From assembly GCA_009602735.1 (NCBI GenBank), contig WELA01002856.1:252742-293012 (forward strand): DNA of 40,271 bases, in the 5' to 3' direction. This DNA comes from Mesotaenium endlicherianum. Lineage: Eukaryota. The notes below the pieces were generated by a model. It did no database searches. It saw nothing but the letters and a program-made list of their open reading frames with translations, and was not told the origin of the DNA. The number at the start of each line of letters is the position of its first letter. The first letter of the stretch is position 1. Shown here piece by piece: positions 34,079-40,271 of the stretch. The position numbers and the translations under genes are program-made.

Positions 34079-34934
34079 AGGTGCATCACCCGTAGCGCAC
34101 CTGAGAAGGAGGCTCTGAGAGGCATCGTCAAAGTGCAGCACGCACGCCTTGGCCTCACGGAAGGTGAGCAGGAGGGAGTCGCGGCCGCGGCCCTCCTTGC
34201 GGGGGTGCGTCAGCACTGCCATGCTCTCCACCACCCCATGCAACCTGCCCGCCCGCGCTCCACTGCCCTCTGCTTAGGATACTGCCCCCAAGATGATGTG
34301 TCGGAGCGACTGAATAGTCCAGAGACCAGATCGCCAAAAACCTGCCCTTGCTTCATGACCCCACCCCCACACGCATCTTCCAAGCGGTGCATACAAGCGC
34401 AATGAACAATGCAAAACGAACGCAGTCAGGAGGTTCAATCGACTGGCAGACTCGTGCAAGCTACAGGGATGGGAAGCACGTCAGGGCTGGACGTATCACT
34501 TCCACTTGTCGGCTGATTATGCTCACTGCTTGTTTACAAGATGGACGTCTGCTTGTATAGATAGCCCACCTGTATTCACAGACAAGGTCCAGCCAGGCAG
34601 CTGATATTCCTCCCATGACCCCAACCTCATTCTGTCCCGTATCAGACTTTGTGCCATGCTCGAAGTCTGGCCTCTCCACTCGCACGCTGTAGACTTCGAG
34701 TACATTTCCCTTGGCAATGACCAGATTTGGTAGCCTCCGGGCACCCTGCCCTCCTTTAACTTCCCCAGTTGTGGCAGCATACTCCGTCAAAGTAGTAAGG
34801 ATCTCTGCTTTACTTTCATAGGCATCAATTTCAGCGTCTGCAGAGGGGTCAGAAGGGTCGTGTGCAAGGTATGCAGCTGCACACAATTCTACCCCAGTAG
34901 CAGCATGCAGCACTTTGAAGGCTGCATAGCTCAT
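27251..34934 (-). CDS. CPSF160: Cleavage and polyadenylation specificity factor 160-kDa subunit (multi-exon)
   Basis: MSYAAFK start. LHGVVESMAVL, DSLLLTFREAK, FLHGYTEPVL, EPTWAGR, PAPIGGVLV, DSLVNLAPIRDM, GHGKSGALAVLQRS, GVFVAGTRP, HPQLCDG, GEDVACRGR, KNYILVGDVHKSLYF and LDERTFRRLQ. Ends TTSFL*. Not all exon edges resolved. Confidence 0.95.
29672..29739 (+). repeat. (GA)n microsatellite preceded by short (GT)n, intronic
   Basis: Direct reading. Ends at the assembly n at 29740. Confidence 0.95.
34031..34078 (+). repeat. (GCAG)n tetranucleotide microsatellite, intronic
   Basis: Direct reading. Similar short arrays (GGCT)n near 32503-32531 and (GGGCA)n near 33354-33385. Confidence 0.9.
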
Positions 34935-37900
34935 GGCTTCTACCAAGCTCAGATTTGACTCGGACTGCTCATTGCAGCTTCTGGCACCAGCTGGTTTCCT
35001 CTGCAATATTCAGCGTTATATACCAGCTAGTTGTCCCAGTGGAAGAAGCTGAGAACTGCACCTCCAGAACTGAGGGCAGGGGTCCACCGTAATTCAAAAC
35101 CGTAACACTTCACTTACTTACGTAAGAAGCTCTTCTGCTGTCCAAAAGCGCCACTCAAAAGTTCCTTGGTCGAGTACGGTGATAATAGTTCACGAACTAA
35201 TTTGTGTCACCTAAAGGCCTCGAAAAAATTGATAACTCGTGAAGAAAACAGACGCGGGAACACGCGTCAAACTATTTTGGACTAGTTTTAACATAAGGAT
35301 TTGCTCAATTGAGTTTCTGACGGTAAGACGACTATTAGGCAGGCCTCACAGTCGTCTTGCTGAATGACCACGGTATTGATCTGTTAAAACACATCTGCCC
35401 TCGTACAAGGCATAACTGTGTCTGAGGGGGAAACTGAAGCTCAATACATCTGAGCTCTCACTGTTGCCTTTGATGAGTTCGCCATCGTCATTGTGGACGC
35501 AATTCTTGAAGCTGTAGAAGTGCTTGTTAGAACATGGATTGGAGTAATGTGACCGGAGAAGAACTTTTAGATGCTCTCAAGGAAGTAGAGTGGACCACGC
35601 CTCCTCGTCCCTTGACAGAGTTCTTCCAGAAGTTTTCTACCCCCAAAAGTTACAGTAAATGGGAGGGTCGACTGAAGTGCAACGCATACTAGTAAGTCTG
35701 AGGGCATTAATATCCGCTCATGATGTTACACTTAACGAGCATGCTGCGCGCTTGTTTGCACTTAAGTAGACCATGGTGGCAATTTTGGTCGTTGGAATTT
35801 CATCACGAACTGGGATCATGGCATGTAATTGCTGGCTGCTGCTTAATGTCCCCTGAAAGAGCTTTGCAAAAACCGCGAGCTCTTAGAAAACATTGAGAAC
35901 ACCGTCAGTGTACTTTCCCTCGGAGTTAGTGAACGATAGTCCCATGCATCTATATATTTTGTAAAATCCGCTTCGTTCGAGTCTAAGCTAATTTGGTGGT
36001 GTCTTCTGGGGCTGGCTTTTTTCTAGACGCACATATTCTTGTCTTTTTGCTTATTCAACCCTGCACTCGTTATATGAACCTTCTGTACGCTACAGACTGC
36101 AATATCAAGTCCGTTCTCCAAGGTGGATCTGGATGGTCAGGCTAGTCTCTAGTAACCCAAGGAATGAGTGTTTTATGCCATAAGTTTCTAGCCAACAATA
36201 AACTCCTTGGTTCAAATTGGTCTGCTGCGTTAGGAGGTGGGATCTCTCTGTGGGTGGATGCTATGTATAAAGATTGAGAAGGGCATGACTATGTCCTATG
36301 GCCAGTGCCTTAGTGAAATTCTGTTCCTGAGCATTTTCACCACGTTGCCCGATTTCAGTAGTAGTTGCTAAGCAACCCTTTAACCGCTCATGAAGCAATC
36401 AGTTGTGCAGTGGAACCTTGTTGAATGTCGTACTAATATAGCTACTGATTTCAATGTGCGGTGTGGACGGACGAGCAGCTATCGGACGAATTACTTCGCA
36501 ATCATTACCCTAGTCCTTGGTGAGAACCTCTCCTCTTTTTTTGTTGCTGTTGTCGGTCCTATTGGTCATATACCTCGTGTACTGCAACTTCTGTTTAATG
36601 TTCTTGGGGGGGGGGAGAAGTCTGCGAATTCATCCAAACGGACAATTGTCGACTTCTCATGTTGGTCCTCTAACTGTGCGCAGTTTTTGCATTCTTGCGA
36701 AATCCTTTGGCGCTTGGAGCTGTTGCTTTGGCTGCATTCAGTCTGGCATGCTTGAATGATAGGTACTTCGCCCAACCCCTAATTTCCTCCTTTGTTCAGT
36801 AGGCCTAGGAAGACACGATCATATAGAACCCTGGAGCTGCTTCCAGAGCCCACCTTTGCCGAAAGCGAAGGGAAAATCAGGATAAATTCGTGCTTGTCAC
36901 CAACCTTTCATGAGGTTCAGACTTGAGCAGCATGAAGGCTGTGGTATGAGCAGCAGCCCTACGGCTCTGCATGTGTAGCACAAGGCTGGCATGCTCTTAT
37001 ATTTACTACACTGAATGTGTGGTTCCTGCAAGATCGTCGTTGGTAGTAATTTTACACTTCCATTTCAGTACAAAATGATGGGCAGTTTTGCGGTGGCGGT
37101 GAATGAGAGGGTGATGAGAGGCATCCGCAGGCTTTCACCGCCTCTGGCAGCCAAGTTGCGCGCCCCAGCCTCTTCGTAAATACCTCCCCCTCCCCCCCCT
37201 TCCCCCCCTCGCCATGCGGTCTTCTTTCCCCCTCGTGGAGCTTCTCCCAGCTCACCTGATTTGCACATGTAAGCAGCTACTAGATACATATCCTTGCTGA
37301 AATTTCTAATCCTTTNTGCACATGTAAGCAGCTACTAGATACATATCCTTGCTGAAATTTCTAATCCTTTACTCTCGCGCTCTCTATCTCTCTTAGAGGG
37401 GGGAGGGAGCGTTTGCTGATATTTTGTTCTCCTTGCTGTGTCTGAATGTCTGGTAGCTTGCCTCTGCACGTGGAACAAGTGAAGAAACAATCTGTGCCGA
37501 ATGCTGGTTTCTGAATCTCATGGGGGGCGCTGGGCGAAAGGACAGGCGAGCAGGAGGACGCGCAGGCAGGCCACTAAAGGGGGCTGTGCACATCTGTGGT
37601 CAGGACAGGCGTGTAATCGTCGCCCTCCTGTCGGCATGTAAGAGTCCCGCCCTGCGCTGTGCTGTGCTGCGCTAGGTTTGCAAGGGTGCATGTTATTGAG
37701 TCGCTTCTCCTTGCGAGTTTCTCGGTAGAAGGAGCAGGAGGACTGTTGGTCACGTTGCCTGGGTGAAAAATGACGTGAAGGTGCATGTGTTGCACGGGAG
37801 ATGTGGATGCAGTGAGTGCAGTGTGTTGGTACCTTACATCGGCAATCCTGACGTTTTTTGGCGGGATCGTCTTGGCACTTGGCTGTGAGCATCACTTGCT

Positions 37901-38779
37901 CTTTCCCTTCTTGGTCCTCATGCTGTTCCCTTTCTACAAGAAAGGTTGCTTACTGGCTTATGCATCATAAGAGGACAAGATGCGTTTTGGAATACAGTAG
38001 TTGTCGTTTGTGACTTCAGATTGCTTCTCTTTGTAGCTTCACACGACATCATAGAGTAGTACTTAACATTCATGGCAGTTGGTCTTGAGCTGAATGCATT
38101 ATTGCCGCTCTTATTTTTCTCCTTGCGCCGATGAGAATATCTGCATTGCGGCTGGCTGCTGTCTGTTGCTGCTGCTTGTGCAGTGACCATCTTACACGCA
38201 ACATTCCGATCTCCCAATCTCAAGGCTAGATTGAATTCTTTCAGAGAGGAGTTTAGAGCTGTCTGGCGAGGGTATAGTGATGCTCCATAAGTCATTGCTC
38301 CTTTTTATACTTTTCTTCTCAATGGCCCTTTTCAGCTCTCCATTAATGACACAGCCATTCTGGCTCGCATATGTAAACAAATTCTGGCGTGTCTCATTTG
38401 TTAAGGCGGCTCAAAGCACAGAAATAAAGATCACATAGTAGTGTAATTCTTGCAGTCCAGCATGGAAGATGAAGAGTTGACAATGTGCAAAGACATGCAT
38501 TTTCATTTCACTCAAAACTCCCAAACCCTTCTTGAGTACGCTAGCAACTCTCCTGCAGCCATTGCATCAGGAAGTAAGCTGCTACGTTTAGAAGCGCGTA
38601 GACAAAACAACGTAGAGCATGACGTAGGGTGTCGTGGTGATGCCATTAATCGGCTCCTCACTGCACATGCCCACTTAACATTGTTGAGAACAAGAAACTT
38701 TTATTGATCCATGACCTGTGCCATGTAAATAAGGCACTATGGCAGGTAAAGTTGAAGTGTAAACATATGCATAAATAAG

Positions 38780-39400
38780 TTGAAGTCTAAACAAATGGTA
38801 GACATCTCACTTATGGACAACTTTGTGTTTACAATTGATCTTAAGAATACCATCATATCAAGATGCACCCAGACGTGCAAACCTCTCTTGGGTTTGAGCT
38901 GGACAATTTACACGTTCACAGGCTTGCTATTGGGGCTGGCGACAGCGCCATATAAATTCACACGAGTAGTGAAGGAGCTGGTTGGTAGGTGGAGCAAAAG
39001 AGGGATCAAAATGCTAGCATACTTGGACAACTTTGTGGTCAATTGTGATACAAATGAGTTTCAATGACATCGATGAAGAGGATACTTAGCCGAATTTGAA
39101 CTCGCCGGGTTTGTCATTAATGTGCCGAACGAAATTTTCTCTAGCTCTAAAGTGACCCACTTTTTGGGCGTTGCGTAGACACGCATAAGCTTTGGGTGTA
39201 CATTGTGGTAAGTCGCGCAAAGAGAAAATCTTGCACACGTTGCTTCGCATCAAGGCCAGCGCATGTTAGTTTGTGAGCATATGTATCCGAACCTTAGCAT
39301 CGCTGGCGACTCAAACGTTTTCCATGGAAGTGGTGTTGGGGGCGGTAGCGGGTATGTACACGCAACACATGTATGTTGAAATCAGCCAGGGTGCTACCGG
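38780..39400 (+). pseudogene. Decayed DIRS-like (tyrosine recombinase retrotransposon) reverse transcriptase
   Basis: FTIDLK...LLGLSW..YTFTGLLLGLATAPYKFTRVVKELVGRWSKRGIKMLAYLDN (YLDD relic), then AGFVINV, FLGV and LASLA.Q..SME.VLGAVA.MYT, all typical of DIRS RT and connection regions. Stops and frameshifts present. Confidence 0.75.
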
Positions 39401-39529
39401 GGATGACGCAGTGTTGGTACACCAAGATTCCTCCACGAGTTTGCTTTTTGGCAAGAGCACTTTGACGAGTTCTGTAGCGCTCCTATTTGTGCCAGTGTGG
39501 CCCCAGACTTATCAAGCATACAGGGGCCA

Positions 39530-40194
39530 ACGTTACTATTGGGGGTGCAATATTGAGGAGTTGTCAGGCCAGAGAGTAAAGCACACCCGGCTGCATCGTC
39601 ATGTTGAGCACTCGCAGGTTGGGAGTGCAGGCAAATATGGCTGGTCTGACACTCGGGGTGAGAAAGATGTCCAATACGTGAAGGAGAAGCATGGGCTCTT
39701 TGACCCTGGACAGTGCTCCCTCCATCCTCAGCTCTTGGAGGGTGCCCCTTGCACCCTCTGGAAGTGCCTCAATGGGGGCTCCAGAAGGGGAATAATCGCG
39801 CAGATATGTGGCAGCGGTGGGCCTACGTTGAGAGACGTGAGGCTCAACATACTGCTGATGATGTCCAGATCCCTGTTGGGGTTGTCGAAGGACTGTGTCA
39901 AAGCTAGGCAACCACAATGATGAGACTGTGGGCTTCTGGCAATGAACACAGTGTGAGGAAGACGTATCTTCACATAACACGCACTGGGTGAGGGCAACAC
40001 CAAACCCAAGGCCCAAAGCACACGGTAGGCAGAGCACTACATACCATGAGTCCTTGTATCTGCAGTTTCTCCAGCGTGGTCATGTCTCTTATGGAGTCCT
40101 CCACAGAGTCATGTGTGAGATTGCCATCCTTCACCTCCAGGCATCTGAATGCTTCACAGGTTCTTAGCTAGTCTGGTAAAGGCCACACAAGGCA
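39530..40194 (-). pseudogene. Decayed leucine-rich-repeat (RNI/F-box-LRR-like) coding fragment
   Basis: LxxLxL-type units across shifting frames: FRCLEV, MTTLEKLQI, SLPEAHSLI/CGCLALT, MLSLTSLNV, TLQELRM and CTPNLRVLNM. Confidence 0.5.
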
Positions 40195-40271
40195 TTAGGG
40201 TTTAGGGTTTAGGGTTTAGGGTTTAGGGTTGAGGGTTTAGGGTTTAGGGTTTAGGGTTTAGGGTTTAGGGT
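40195..40271 (+). repeat. Telomeric repeat array (TTTAGGG)n
   Basis: A partial TTAGGG, then ten 7-mers (one variant TTGAGGG at 40229-40235) running to the window end with the G-rich strand pointing outward. Confidence 0.97.

Noticed and set aside
27292..34460. Many long overlapping plus-strand ORFs
   Set aside because: Antisense shadows of GC-rich, stop-poor CPSF160 exons and triplet repeats.
36775..36782. Telo-box-like AACCCTAA
   Set aside because: A single short match with no supported downstream gene, expected by chance.
37262..37370. 54-bp direct repeat
   Set aside because: Copies flank the n at 37316. Assembly overlap, not a CRISPR-like or biological repeat.

Overview
Eukaryotic chromosome end, most likely a streptophyte green alga or early-diverging plant. 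This is inferred from the terminal (TTTAGGG)n array, plant-type host genes and GC-rich repeat-laden introns. The first 17 kb is a nest of Ty3/Gypsy LTR retrotransposons. Its centrepiece is a decayed minus-strand element (2252-17004) whose polyprotein reads Gag(2xCCHC)-protease-C5 DNA cytosine methyltransferase-long linker-RT-RNaseH-integrase-PHD finger, so it carries both a chromatin writer and a chromatin reader. A younger chromodomain-bearing chromovirus (12374-15392, 503-bp LTRs, CCACA TSD) sits inside its gag. A second, inverted copy of that chromovirus (1-1084) sits in a probable third LTR element (1085-2251). From 17.5 to 35 kb are four intron-rich host genes: an LPEAT-type acyltransferase (+), an S6PDH/M6PR-like aldo-keto reductase (-), YjbQ/UPF0047 (+) and CPSF160 (-). 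Many of their introns have C-rich 5' ends and G-rich 3' ends with no polypyrimidine tract. The last 1.5 kb holds a DIRS-type RT relic and an LRR-like pseudogene that runs directly into the telomere. All calls are by-eye motif recognition with no database search, and several N gaps limit certainty.
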